Shown here in pieces: positions 21,045 through 33,590 of a stretch of DNA of 64,000 bases (positions are counted from its first letter, which is position 1; each line of letters starts with the position of its first letter). The stretch is from the NCBI GenBank assembly GCA_963769935.1, contig CAVYNY010000009.1, forward strand, positions 315,671-379,670. The letters run 5' to 3'. Made by a program: the position numbers and the translations under genes. The notes beneath the pieces are model-generated. The model was not told where the DNA came from, did not search any database, and saw only the letters and a program-made list of their open reading frames with translations. This stretch comes from an uncultured delta proteobacterium (GTDB lineage: Bacteria > Desulfobacterota > Desulfobacteria > Desulfobacterales > JAFDCJ01).

Positions 21045-22912
21045 TTTTTACATCTCCTTTTTTGGCAGCCGCCAGGGTGAAGTGAAAGGTGGCGCCTTTC
21101 CCCGGCTCGGACTCGAACCAGATCCGGCCGCCGTGCCGCTCGATGATTCGCTTGCAAAGCGCCAGGCCGATGCCTGTACCCGGGTATTCCCGCTGGGTAT
21201 GCAGGCGCTGGAAGATCACAAAGATTTTGTCCCCGTACTTTGCATCGATGCCGATGCCGTTGTCGCGAACGGAGAAAATCAAGTTGGGGTCCTCGGCTTT
21301 GGCGGAGACGTGGATTAAGGGGGGCGACTCACCGCGAAACTTGATGGCGTTGCCGATAAGGTTTTGGAAAACCTGGGCAAGCTGGACGGAGTCGGCCCTC
21401 ACCTCCGGCAGGTTATCGTTGGTCACAATTGCCCCCGACTCGCGAATCACGGCTTCCAGGTTGACGATTGCGGCGCCCAAGGCGGAGCCGGAATCAACCG
21501 GCTCAAAGGCAGCGCCGCGCGTCCTTACCCGCGAGAAAGCCAACAGATCGTTGATTAATCGCTGCATGCGCTTGGAGCCGTCCACCGCATAGTTGATGTA
21601 TTTTTTTGCCTTCTCATCCAGTTGGCCATCGTAGCGCTGCTCCAGCAGCTGGGTGTAGCTGGATACCATACGCAGAGGCTCCTGCAGGTCGTGCGAGGCC
21701 ACGTAGGCAAACTGTTCCAGCTCCTTGTTCGAGCGGCCGAGTTCGGCCAGCGTCTTTTTGAGCTTCTCCTCCGCCCTCATGCGCACGGCAGCTTCTTTTA
21801 TCAATTCGTCGCGGGACACCACCGTCTCTTTGAGCTGCTTGTCATCCGGTTAAACGCTCGGACAGTTCACCGATCTCATCACTCCCGGATGTCCCGACAT
21901 TGTAGCCCAGATTCCCACAGCTGATCTCTTCGGTGCCTTCAACCAGGCGGCTGACCGGCCGTGTAATCGTGCGCGCGATGACTGCCCCCAGCAGGGCCGC
22001 CAATAGTGCGACAGCGATCCCGACGCCCCCAATCGTTTTCTGCAGAGCGGATATGGGGGCGAACGCCTCCGCCTGGTCGATCTCGGTTATGAGAGCCAGG
22101 TCCCAGTCCGGCATCCAATGGTAGGCGCCGATGACCGGGACACTGCGGTAATCAGCATAAAAGCCGACCCCGTCCTTGCCGGCCAGCGCGGCCCGGACCC
22201 CTTCCGTTTGGACCGATTTTTTCAGGGCATAGTCCCGGCCGAATCTGGGTTCGGTGATGAAGAAGTTAAACTTGTTGACCAGGTAGGTGTCCTCGGAGCG
22301 GCTCAAGTCGCTGCGCTTTCCCACGATCCCGGAAAGCTCGCTGAGATCGAGGCGCCCGGCAAGCACGGCGGCCGTTTTGCCCAAGCTGTCCATTATCGGT
22401 GTGCTGATGGTCATAGCCGGCTGCTGCAGTGTCATGGCATAATAGACATTTTGGATAAAGGTACGATTTCTGCCGTTTTTAAAAAAAGATTGATCATCCA
22501 GGTATTTTCCTACTTGCCGTTTGTCGGTGGAAATAAGAAGCCGCCCGCTGCCGGCCTCCAGAATGAACACTTCAAAAAATCCCGACCCCTTGACGACCGG
22601 CAGCAGATAATCTGCCACGATGCCTGTAAGTTCGGCCGTCTGTGTCGGGTTGGAGGCGTCATAGGCTTCTAATTTGCCGGCCAGGTCTTTCTTAAGAAAG
22701 GGACGATTTGCCAGGATCTCCAGGGTGCGAACGTTGTCGCGCACCCATCTTTCGAACTCGGCCTCCTTGTAAATGTTGGTGGAGATCAGGTGGTTGATGG
22801 TCTGCTGCTCGATGGTGGTCCGGCTGTTGCGGTAAGACAGCCAGCCGACAGTGAAGATCGGGACTACAGAAAACAGGATAAAGAACAGCGACAGCTTGGC
22901 GGCCAGTTTCAT
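20998..22912 (-). CDS. Membrane Cache-HAMP histidine kinase with Cph1-type kinase core (frame break near 21840)
   Basis: TM-periplasmic-TM-HAMP in 21842..22912; [24 protein letters not shown] in 20998..21822. Confidence 0.85.
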
Positions 22913-23919
22913 TGCGTGTTGCCTCCATATATCGCCTCTAAAAACTGCATCGTGTAAACCTGGCTCACATCAGGAAGCGGTGAGGGCAGGATTCCCTGTT
23001 CCAACAAAATGCGGTGCATTTCTTGCCAGCGGTCGGCTTTCATCCAGCCGATCTGATCTTCGCCGGTGTGCACCAGCGGAAGGAGGGCTTCCATCATTGC
23101 TGTTTGGAGCTCGGCATTGGGGTTGCGGGCATACTTAAGAGTAGCGGCTGCGGCGGACTCGGGATCACCGACGGCATCGCGCCAGCCCTTCAGGGTGGCT
23201 CGCAAAAATCGTAGTACAAGCTTCGGTTTTTGGGTGATCATCTGTTCGTTTGTCACCAGGGTGTCGGAATAAAAGCGCACCCCGTAGTCACCCGGCCAGA
23301 CAAGGTTGAGTTTATAGCCCTTTTGGCGCATTCTGATGACGCCGCCGGTAATATAAGCCGGCGTGACATCCACCCGGCTGCTGTAAAAGCTCTCGTACTC
23401 CGGATCGTACGGAACAACGTTGACCTTGGATGCGTCCAGCCCGAGCTCTTTCATCATTGCGTAAAACTGAAATTGCAAATCCTGGATGGCGCCGCCGGTG
23501 CCGCCGACGGCGATGATCTTGCCGGTAAAATCTGCCGGGCGGACGAGGCCGGAATCGGCCATGGAGACAAATACCACCGCGCTGCGCCGGTAAAGTGCGG
23601 CAATAGCGGTAACGGGCTTCCCCTGGCTGCGTTTTTTCAAAACATTTTCCGGTGCCACCACGGCGAAATCGGCCTGCCCGGAAATAACCGGCTTGACGAT
23701 GTCGATGCCATATCCACCTTCCAGAAAGTTGACTTTAAGATTTTCTGCCGCATAGTAGCCTTTTTCCTGCGCGACATAAAAACCGGCAAACTGGGCCTGG
23801 TGAAACCATTTCAACTGCACCGTCACCTCATCCGGCGGCTTTTGATCCTGTGGTTTAGCGCAGGCCACGGTAACGGCGGACAGCAGCAGTATTAAAAGCG
23901 TTCGCATGATAATGCGCAT
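22909..23919 (-). CDS. NMT1/THI5-like substrate-binding lipoprotein
   Basis: Lipobox TVAC; QLKWFHQAQFAGFYVA..KGYY; FLRATLKGW. Confidence 0.85.
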   Translation of the reverse strand: MRIIMRTLLILLLSAVTVACAKPQDQKPPDEVTVQLKWFHQAQFAGFYVAQEKGYYAAENLKVNFLEGGYGIDIVKPVISGQADFAVVAPENVLKKRSQGKPVTAIAALYRRSAVVFVSMADSGLVRPADFTGKIIAVGGTGGAIQDLQFQFYAMMKELGLDASKVNVVPYDPEYESFYSSRVDVTPAYITGGVIRMRQKGYKLNLVWPGDYGVRFYSDTLVTNEQMITQKPKLVLRFLRATLKGWRDAVGDPESAAAATLKYARNPNAELQTAMMEALLPLVHTGEDQIGWMKADRWQEMHRILLEQGILPSPLPDVSQVYTMQFLEAIYGGNTQ

Positions 23920-24355
23920 TTTAGGGCTCCCTTTATACGATTTACGAAATCACGTTCGATTGAGTTAAACATCTGGTTTGAACACAGCGAAGGCTGGTGT
24001 GCGGAGAGCCCGCTGTAGAAAGCGGAGGTCATCAGCGGCAGCGGATAGGCCGGCACAAATCCGAGCGTCATGCGATACCGATGGATTCCCCAAGCCAATT
24101 TCGAAATCAAACCAATGATCTTGAGAACACTTATTTGTAATGGCGGTCAACAACCAAACAAGAACTATAAATATCATTTTTTCCCGGTCGGCTCATCAGA
24201 CCACAATGATCCTGCGGCACCCCTGAGCCGCATCAAGGTGGATATAACTTCGCGATGGCGACCCATTTTTAATAGTTCGATATTATTAATAATTATAAGC
24301 TTCAACGCTATGAATAGGAAAGAGGGGTTTTTATGGTAGATTTTGGGTATAAAAA

Positions 24356-26459
24356 CTACCCATTAAGGTTGGATAGAAGATAAGCCCGGAGATTCTTCGC
24401 CTTGTTTTGGATGCCGATTTTCTTGCGGATATTCTTGCGATGCGTATTAATCGTCTGCCAGGAAAGGTTCAGCAGTTCGCTGATTTCCTTGGAGGTTTTG
24501 CCCTGCATCACCAGGTTGGCGACCTGCAGCTGCATGTGGGTCAACTTATAATGCCTGGAGGACAGCTTATCGGCATAACGGCATCACAACTTCCTTTAAA
24601 TTTGTATCCGCGATGTCCAAATAAGACTTTTGCCTTTTTGATAAACGGCTCTTTTTGAGCTTTTCGAGATACGGTTCGACGAGTTCCTTGATGTTGGCCA
24701 GCAATTGTTCTTTAAGTTTTTCGCGGTCCTCCTCTCTTTTTTTCAACAGAACGCGCAAGGTGGTGTTGATGTCTTCAAGCTCCGCGGTTTTGTCCTGCAA
24801 CTCCCTCTCCCTTTTTTTCAACAAACTTTCCTTCTCCCTGAGGTCGGTGACGTCGCAAAGCAGTCCGAATACTCTCACCGGCTTGCCTTCCGCATCATAC
24901 CCGGGTTCCGCAATCGAATGCACAACCCGCTGCGATCCGTCGGGACGCAAATATACAGATACTCCAAATCCACCTTTTCTCCGGTGCTTATTGCCGTTTC
25001 GATGGCATTTTTAAGCATGTCGCGATCTTGCGGATGGACCAAATGCATAAAATGTTTCCAGGTAGGTTTAAATTGAGCCGGATCCTGTCCGAAAATGCGA
25101 TACGTTCCTTTTGACCAGGCGGCTGTATTTTCGATCAAATTTCGATCCCAGTGGCCGAATTGTCCGATTTCCTCGGCTCGAAGGTGCCGCATCTCTCTAT
25201 CCTGCAGCATCTTTTCCGCCAGTTTTTCCTTGGTAATATCTAGATGCGCTACCACCACCCGTGGAGAATCACCGTCCATAAACCGGGTTGCCCGCATGTT
25301 GAACCAGCGTTTTTCAGTGGGACTGTGACACGGATAATCCAAGAGTAAAGACATCCTGCCGAAAATCCAAAAGCGCCTTAAGCCCGTTCAATGCCTCCTG
25401 CGCCAAGGGTGCATCTTCACCCTCGGCGGATTCGCAAACCTTCAAATAATTTGTCCCCAGGCCATGGTCGGATAGATTCAGCTGGTTGGCTTCAGCAAAG
25501 CGGCGCCAGGCCTCATTTACAAAAATAATCACTCCCGATTCATCCAGGATGGCGATATGGGACCGCAATGCATTGATGGTTGATTGCAGAAAGCGTTCCG
25601 ACCGGTAAAGCGCCTCCTCCTGCCGTTTTTGTTCGGATACATCCCGGACAAAAACTGAAATTCCCTGTTTTGTGGGATAAGTACTGATATCAAAAATACG
25701 CGGCCTGTCTTTTATGCGGAATTCAGCTGAGATGTTCCGAGGCCGTTTAGTTTTCAACACCTTCAGATAAATATCTTCGATGGCGGTTCCTTTAATTTTG
25801 GGGAAAATTTCGTAAAGGGATTTACCCAACGCCTTGACGGCTGGAATCCCCGTCAGTTTCTCGGATGCTCGGTTCCAATAGGTGTATCTCAGATTCGAAT
25901 CCAATGAAAAAAATACGTCGGCAATGCTTTCGGCAAGTTCCCTGAACTGGGCTTCACCGGCTCGCAGAGCCTGCTCCAGCTTTCGCTGTTTATCAATCTC
26001 TTGCTTGAGATGCGCATTGATCTTTTGTAGTTCAATCTCACGCGCTTCATCCAGTTTCTCGAGATGCCGGTCGTGCCTTTCCAATTCCCCCATCATGTGC
26101 TTTTGATCACTGATATCAAGTATATGGACGGCCCGGTACAACACCTTGCCGGTGTCATCTTTGACCGCCGTGGCATCCACCAGCACCGGAAAAACGGAGC
26201 CATCCTTGCGAATGTGCATCGATTCATAGATGTGATAACCCTTTTCATGAATAATACGCGTGTAATACGGTAATTTTTCCCGCTCCGCGGGAGCAATAAC
26301 ATCAGCAATCGGCCGCCCGCTGAGTTCCTCTTCAGTATAGCCGTGCATGCGCGCAAAGGCAGGATTCATCAATTCCAAAGCGGTGCCGTCGGCACTGAGG
26401 ACAACGACTCCCCACGCGATACCTTTATTCCTCTCGAAACCTTTGACTGGTGCATCCAT
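24356..26459 (-). CDS. Multi-PAS LuxR-family regulator (several frameshifts; possibly pseudogene)
   Basis: Four collinear ORFs: PAS domains, LEDINTTLRVLL coil, LuxR HTH (GKTSKEIS..TINTHRKNIRKK). Confidence 0.75.
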
Positions 26460-26969
26460 CGGTGAATTGACTGGATATCGGCTGCTTTTTTTTGACAGCG
26501 TCTTCCGGACTGCTATAATTGGTTTTCATGGCCTGAAATCGCCGGTCCAGCTTGTACGGGCATGCCCGGCAAGTATCCTCGGTTATTAATATTTTTAATT
26601 AATGGTGTCGCAACCGTACCCTTGGATTAAAATTCTAAAATCGCGATCGATTCATGCCTCGTGATTAAATTCGCAGGGTGAAGCCAGTGTAAGAGGAATC
26701 CGGAGAGGTCGAAATAACCCATGAGGTGAATATACCTAAGAATAATCACATTAACTAATTGGGCAAGATAAGAATAATCCCACCGGACAGGCAATGGTTT
26801 ACGTTCGACCGGCATTCGCCCGCAACAGCATCCGACTTAAATTCCGCCGTCTCACAAGCATTCCTTAATTCCGGACCTGATCAGATAACCGATATGCAAA
26901 AACTGGAATATTTCACTTAAGTTAAAAAAATCTTAGCCAATAATAAACCTTGGAAGGAAACCTGGGAAA

Positions 26970-29747
26970 ATGTCCCGAATTTTGGGTCGTTGATGATGAG
27001 CACGGAGTACGGAAGTTACTGCAGGATATCCTTGCAATCAAAAGGATACGAATGCATGACAGCAGGCGACACCGCTGAGGCACGCAATTTACTGAACGAT
27101 CATCAAATCGATCTGGTTCTATGCGATATTCATATGCCCGGCGAATCCGGCCTGGATTTTCTGCGCAATATCCTGCCGGAGTATCCGGAGACAGCCGCGA
27201 TGATCATAACCGGAGACAGCGACAAACAAATGGTCGACGCGGCACTGAAGATCGGCGTTTATGACTACATCGATAAGCCCATCGAGCGCGATCGACTCCT
27301 GATCAGCGTTGCCAACGCCCTGCATCGTCGCGAGCTCGAGATTCAAGGCCGCCTTTATCAGAACCGGCTCGAAGAAGAAATCGCCCACCGGACTCAAGCT
27401 TTTCAGGAAAGTGAGGAGCGCTTTCGATCCCTTTTTGAAAACTCTAAAGATATCATATTTATTTTCTCAAGAGACGGCCGGCTTTTAGAAATCAACGAGG
27501 CGGGACTGGAGCTTTTCGGGTACAGCAAGGAAGAAACAAGAACCCTGTCGGCCACGGACTTTTTCCAGAAATCGATCCGATTTTAACATGCTCTTCAGAA
27601 AAATAAGAAGGGACGGATTTGTCAAAGATTTCTTTAATGATATCAAATGCAAGGACGGAAGGTTGGTTCCGACGATTATCACGGTGTCGACCCGGCGCGA
27701 CGGCACCGGCAATATAATAGAATTTCAGGGAATTTTAAGAGATATCACCCGCGAAAGAAAGTCCCGTAAAAAACTAAAGGCCAGCGAAGCCAAATATCGT
27801 GAACTGGTTCAAAGCGCCAATTCGATCATTCTGAAACTGGATACCGCCGGGCGTGTGACATTTATCAACGATTTCGCCCAGCATTTCTTTGGCTATTCCG
27901 AGACTGAAATTCTCAACCAATCCGCCATCGGAACAATAGTGCCGGCCATGGATTCCGACGGCCTCGACCAGGCGGCTATGGTAAAGGGTCTTGTTCTTGA
28001 TCCGGAAAAAACAACCATTAATGAAAATGAGAATATGCGGCGCAACGGTGAACGGATTTGGGTATCGTGGACCAACAAGCCAATCCTCTCCGATCAGGGT
28101 GAGATCACCGGCATTCTGTGCATTGGACAGGATATCACCGAACGGAAAGGGCCGTCCAGGCCCTGCACCGCAACTATGATTTTTTGCAGCAGCTGATCGA
28201 TAAAATTCCAAGTGCCATTTACTATAAAGATGTCGACGGGATCTACGGTCTGTGCAATACAACCTTCGAAGCGGCTGTCGGATTACCCAAAACCGAAATC
28301 ATAGGTAAAACGATTTTTGACCTTGTCCCCAAGGAGTTGGCCGATACATATAGCGCGTTCGATAAGGAGCTGCTGTAGCAAACCGGGGACCCAATCCTAT
28401 GAAGGCCGGATCGAAGTATGCAGCGGCCGGAAATACGATGTCATAATCAATAAAGCGACGATCACAAATGATGCGGGTATACCGATAGGCATCGTCGGCG
28501 TTATACAGGATATCACCGAACGCAAACGGGCTGAAAATGAGCGTATTCAACTATCCACCGCAATTGCTCAGGCAGACGAAATGTTTCTTGTAACCGATGT
28601 CGAGGGCCTGATTGTGTATGTCAACCCGGCTTTCGAAAAGTACACCGGCTATCGTCGCCGGGAGGTCATTGGGCAGACTCCCCGCCTTCTGAAAAGCGGC
28701 AAACAGGATGACGCGTTTTACGAATCGATGTGGAATGAACTCCTCAGTGGACGAGTCTGGTCGGGGCATTTGACCAGCCGCAAAAAGGACGGCACTTTTT
28801 TGGAAGAAGAAGTTCGCATCTCGCCGATTCGGGATCAGGCCGGCAAAATTGTCAACTTTGTCGCCATCAGACGGGACGTCACCAAGCAGATGGCCATGGA
28901 GCGGCAGCTGCGGCAAGCTCAACGGATCGAAGCCATCGGCTCCCTGGCAAGCGGAATTGCGCACGAAATTAACACACCCATCCAATATGTGCTTTATAAT
29001 ACACGTTTTTTGCAGGAAAAATTTGCAGAGTTGAACCCGCTTTTCGATCGAATTAGAGAACTCATCCAAGCGAGTGAAAGCACCGAACAGATGGTGGCCC
29101 TACTGAATGAAATCGGGGAATTTGCCGACAAAATCGATTTGAATTTTATTCGAGCAGAAATTCCGCCGGCCATTGAGCAGACCTTAGAAGGTGCCGACCG
29201 GGTGGCGGATATTGTACGGTCCATGAAGGAATTTTCACATCCGGGATCCGATAATAAATCTATGGTGGATCTGAACAAGGCCATCCAAAGCACCATCACT
29301 GTGGCACGCAACGAATGGAAGTACGTGGCTGAGTTGGAAACCGACCTGGATCCCGACTTACCGCTGGTACCCTGCTTTCCCGGTGATTTTAATCAGGTTC
29401 TATTAAACCTGATCCTAAATGCGACCCATGCGATCGCCGATGTGGTGGGTGATGGTTCCGAAAAAAAGGGATTAATTTCCATCCAGACCAGGCGGAATAA
29501 CGGTTGGGCCGAAATCCGGGTGGCCGACAGCGGCACGGGTATTGCTGAAGAGAATCGGGCGCGTATCTTCGATCCATTTTTTACTACCAAAGAGGTCGGA
29601 CGCGGCACAGGCCAGGGATTGGCCATAAGCCACGCGGTCATCGTCGAAAAACACTGCGGGATGTTAAGTTTTGAGACCGAAATCGGTAAAGGCACGACTT
29701 TTCAAATTCAGCTGCCGCTTGAAGAAAAAATAGAAGCACCCAGGTAA
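26970..29747 (+). CDS. REC-multi-PAS histidine kinase, paralog of 12250..14653 (multiple frameshifts)
   Basis: ATG at 26970; ORFs 26990, 27588, 28118, 28317 collinear; GIAHEINTPIQYVLYNTRFLQEKF identical to the paralog. Confidence 0.85.
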
Positions 29748-29885
29748 GGATAAAATCTTTAAAGGCCACGGTCAATCCTGTCTGCTCCCTGACGGAGCGG
29801 GAATAACCTGCTCAACTCATTCTGCAGGAAAGAGTTGACCTTGCCGCGATGAATTTATCCGGACGATTTCAGAAGGAAAAAATCC

Positions 29886-31049
29886 ATGACGAATCGAGTC
29901 CTATTTGTTGATGATGAGCCCAATGTATTGCATGCAATTCGGCGTCAATTGGGCTGCAAATTTAAGCTTGAGACGGCCATCGGCCCTCAGGAGGGCCTGG
30001 CAGCCGTCACCGAAAAAGGGCCGTATGCCGTGGTTGTATCCGACTTGCGAATGCCGCTGATGGACGGCAATCAATTTCTGTCTAAGGTGCGCGAGATAGC
30101 GCCGGATACGGTTCGCACGATGCTGACGGGCAATGCGGATCTGAATGCCGCCATTGCAGCCGTCAACGAAGGCAATGTATTCCGCTTTCTGACCAAACCC
30201 TGCGCCGAAAATGAGCTGATCTCGGTTTTGACGATCGGGCTTGAACAATATCGCCTTATCACGGCCGAAAAGGAACTGCTGGAAAAAACCGTTAAAGGCA
30301 GCATCGAGGTCATGACCGATCTTTTGTCCATGTCCAACCCGGAGGCATTCGGCAGATCTCTGCGAGTTAAGCGTTATGCGACCGAAATAGCGAAAAGTTT
30401 GGAAATTTCAAATATATGGCTGCTTGAAACTGCCGTAATGCTTTCCCAGATAGGTTTTTTTCTTTTGCCGTCCCATACGCTGCAAAGGCTCTATCAACGC
30501 AAGTCGCTAACCGCCAAGGAGATCAAGACCCTGAATATGAACCCCATGATTTCAGCGGACTTGATTAACAACATCCCGCGCATGGAGGACGTGGCCGAGA
30601 TTATTCTGTACCAGGACAAGCACTTTGACGGCACCGGCCAACCGGAAGACAAATGCCGGGCAGAGGCCATTCCAGTCGGGTCAAGAATCCTCAAAGTAGC
30701 CTTGGATTTCGATTTATTGGAAATACAGGGAACGACCCGCGGCAAGGCCTTGTCTGAACTCAAAAATCGATCCGGTTGGTATGATCCTGAGGTTCTTGAG
30801 GAACTGGAGAAGGTGATCGGAATTGAACACAATCTTCAAATGAAATCGATCAAGGTTTCACGACTGAGATCGCACATGATCCTGGATGAAGACGTCCACT
30901 CGATCACGGGCCAGTTACTCATTTCCAAGGGACAGGAACTGAATGAAGCGGCGCTCAATCGTTTGATGCATTTCCATAAAAATTCAGGAATCCGCGAACC
31001 TGTGCGGGTCTTGGTCGGCGCTCAACCCGAAGGTAAAGAAAATAAATGA
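29886..31049 (+). CDS. REC + HD-type response regulator, paralog of 9836..11011
   Basis: Same architecture with long identical stretches (e.g. MNPMISADLINNIPRME). Confidence 0.85.
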   Translation: MTNRVLFVDDEPNVLHAIRRQLGCKFKLETAIGPQEGLAAVTEKGPYAVVVSDLRMPLMDGNQFLSKVREIAPDTVRTMLTGNADLNAAIAAVNEGNVFRFLTKPCAENELISVLTIGLEQYRLITAEKELLEKTVKGSIEVMTDLLSMSNPEAFGRSLRVKRYATEIAKSLEISNIWLLETAVMLSQIGFFLLPSHTLQRLYQRKSLTAKEIKTLNMNPMISADLINNIPRMEDVAEIILYQDKHFDGTGQPEDKCRAEAIPVGSRILKVALDFDLLEIQGTTRGKALSELKNRSGWYDPEVLEELEKVIGIEHNLQMKSIKVSRLRSHMILDEDVHSITGQLLISKGQELNEAALNRLMHFHKNSGIREPVRVLVGAQPEGKENK

Positions 31050-31238
31050 TACACAGCCCGGCTTGGCGAGGACGTTCCTATTATTCCGGGTTTGGAGTAT
31101 ATATAGTATTTATGCGCCCGCCTAAAGTAATCCATGTCGAAATAGAATAAAATTTGCTCGCCCAGGCAGGTATCCCCGCAGCGTCGGCTCGGACAGGGAG
31201 CATGGCGACTTCCCAAGCGGACTAGGCCCTGCTCCGGC

Positions 31239-33536
31239 CTAAAGGTCCAAAACTTCCCGGACCGTTCGGGCCAGGCTTTTTGGGGTGAATGGTTTCTGGA
31301 TAAAATTGACATCGCGATCCAAGATGCCGTGATGGGCGATGATATTGTCCGTATAGCCCGACATGTAAAGCACCTTCAGCTTCGCCCGCTCCTTAGTGAT
31401 TTGCTCCGCCAGTCGACGCCCGCTTGTCTCAGGCATGACCACATCGGTCAGCAGCAAATCAATGACCCCGGTATGCCGGCGGCTCACCGCCAGGGCCTCT
31501 TCACCGCTTCGCGTATCCAAAACGGTGTAGCCATAGCTCTGCAGCGCCGTGCGGGTCAATTTTCGAACCGCATCATCATCCTCGGCAATGAGGATGGTCT
31601 CCGAGCCGGATGCAGCCTTATCTTCAGCCGGTTTTCGCTGCAGCGGCTCCGCATCCTGTTCGATCCTGGGCAGATAGATCTTGAAGGCCGCGCCTTGGCC
31701 GGGCTCGCTGTAAACCCAGATATAACCGCCGCTTTGTTTGACGATCCCGTAGACCGTGGCCAATCCCAGGCCGGTGCCCTTGCCTTTTTCCTTAGTGGTG
31801 AAAAACGGTTCAAAGATCTTGGCTGAAATCTCTTTATCCATTCCAACACCGGTGTCGCTGACGGCCAACATGACATAGGAGCCGGGCTCCAATTCAATTC
31901 CATGCTGGTACGCATAGGTTTCATCCAAAAACACATTCTGGGTCTCAATCGTCAGCTTGCCGCCTTGGGGCATCGCATCTCGGGCATTGACGGCCAGATT
32001 CATTACCACCTGCTCGATCTGCCCGGGGTCCGCCTTTACTCGGCCCAGGTTGGGACTGAGTGCTGTTCTCAGCTCAATATCTTCACCAATGAGCCGCCCG
32101 AGCATCTTTTCAAAGTCGAACAATATATGGTTGAGATCCAAAACTTTCGGCCGCATCACCTGTTTACGGCTGAAGGCCAAAAGCTGCCGGGTAAGAATGG
32201 TTGCGCGCTGGCCGGCCTTATATATTTCATCCAGCTTTTCCCTGACCGGGTGGTCCCGTTCGAGTTTTTCTAAAATGAGTTCGGAAAACCCGATCACGAC
32301 CGACATCAGGTTATTAAGATCGTGAGCAACCCCGCCGGCAAGCCGGCCGACCGCTTCCATCTTCTGCGACTGGAAAAACTGCTCTTCGATCTTCTTCTGC
32401 TCCGTCAAGTCTTCATAAATGACAAGTTGTTCGCCGGCCTCCGTTCCCACTGAAAAAAATTTAATAATTTTTTGCGAACCGTCTTTGCAGGTTACCGTAA
32501 ATGTCTGGGGGACCATCTTAGCAGTATCCGAATCCGCATGGTAGGAAACCCATGAGGCTATCACCTGCTTCCTGTAACCTTCGTCCGGAAAGGCATTTCT
32601 GAACCAATCGCCGCCGGTAGGCACTTCCTCCAGGGTATATCCGAAAAGCTCACTGAATCGCGGGTTGATGTATTGGTAGGCACCCTCTTTTCCGATAATG
32701 GACAGCCCCAATGGTGATTCCTCTACCAGCAGGCGAAATTTTTCCTGTTCCATCCGCAGCGCTTCCTGCGCCTCCCGCTCAAGGGTCCGATCGCGAAAAA
32801 CCAGAACAACGCCCATGATCGCCTGGGCCGTGTCCCTGATCGGTGCGCCGCTGTCGGCGATTGGTATTTGTTTTCCGGTTCGGGAAATGAGGATCGTGTG
32901 ATTGGCCAGTCCCACTATCGCCCCCTCTCTTAAGACCCTTTGCACCGGGTTGTCGCAGGCTTCGCGGCTGTATTCATTCACTATATGAAAGATCTCCGAC
33001 AGCGGCTTGCCGATAGCTTCATCCTGCTGCCAGCCCGTCAATCTTTCGGCCGTTGGGTTCAGAAAGCTGACGATGCCCTGGGGATCGGTGGCGATTACCC
33101 CATCGCCGACGCTTTTTAAAGTGGTGGCAAACCATTCTTGGCTCTCTTTTAATTTACGATCCATCCGGTGTTTGTAGAGTGCAATTTCAACGGCAACTTT
33201 CAGCTCTTTTTCAGCAAAAGGCTTAACGATATAGCCGTACGGTTCTGTCTTCATTGCCCGCTGCAGGATATCTTCGTCGGCATAGGCTGTAAGATACACA
33301 ACCGGTAAATTCAGCTGATCCTTTAATACCCCTGCGGCCTCGATTCCGTTCATTTTGCCTTTGAGCATAATATCCATCATCACCAGACCGGGTCTCATTT
33401 CCGCTGCCGTTGCGGCGACTTCTTCACCGGACGGAATAATTGCACAGACATCATACCCCATCTTGTTTAGGCTGAGCTTAATGTCTTCTGCAACAATCCG
33501 ATTGTCTTCAACGATCAGAATATTTTCCTTGAACAT
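31239..33536 (-). CDS. Hybrid REC-PAS-PAS-HK-REC kinase
   Basis: [23 protein letters not shown]-terminal REC. Confidence 0.9.
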   Translation of the reverse strand: MFKENILIVEDNRIVAEDIKLSLNKMGYDVCAIIPSGEEVAATAAEMRPGLVMMDIMLKGKMNGIEAAGVLKDQLNLPVVYLTAYADEDILQRAMKTEPYGYIVKPFAEKELKVAVEIALYKHRMDRKLKESQEWFATTLKSVGDGVIATDPQGIVSFLNPTAERLTGWQQDEAIGKPLSEIFHIVNEYSREACDNPVQRVLREGAIVGLANHTILISRTGKQIPIADSGAPIRDTAQAIMGVVLVFRDRTLEREAQEALRMEQEKFRLLVEESPLGLSIIGKEGAYQYINPRFSELFGYTLEEVPTGGDWFRNAFPDEGYRKQVIASWVSYHADSDTAKMVPQTFTVTCKDGSQKIIKFFSVGTEAGEQLVIYEDLTEQKKIEEQFFQSQKMEAVGRLAGGVAHDLNNLMSVVIGFSELILEKLERDHPVREKLDEIYKAGQRATILTRQLLAFSRKQVMRPKVLDLNHILFDFEKMLGRLIGEDIELRTALSPNLGRVKADPGQIEQVVMNLAVNARDAMPQGGKLTIETQNVFLDETYAYQHGIELEPGSYVMLAVSDTGVGMDKEISAKIFEPFFTTKEKGKGTGLGLATVYGIVKQSGGYIWVYSEPGQGAAFKIYLPRIEQDAEPLQRKPAEDKAASGSETILIAEDDDAVRKLTRTALQSYGYTVLDTRSGEEALAVSRRHTGVIDLLLTDVVMPETSGRRLAEQITKERAKLKVLYMSGYTDNIIAHHGILDRDVNFIQKPFTPKSLARTVREVLDL

Positions 33537-33590
33537 TATATTACTCCCCGGAAATCATGCTCGGGTACTAACAGAGCATGCTAGGTTGGC

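Noticed and set aside
20998..21822. Bacteriophytochrome
   Set aside because: The kinase core is Cph1-like, but the input is a membrane Cache-HAMP region with no PAS-GAF-PHY module
24015..24075. Fluoride-riboswitch-like GCTGATGAC motif on the minus strand
   Set aside because: No 5' GATG..GTTC stem or pseudoknot partner found, and the downstream gene is unrelated
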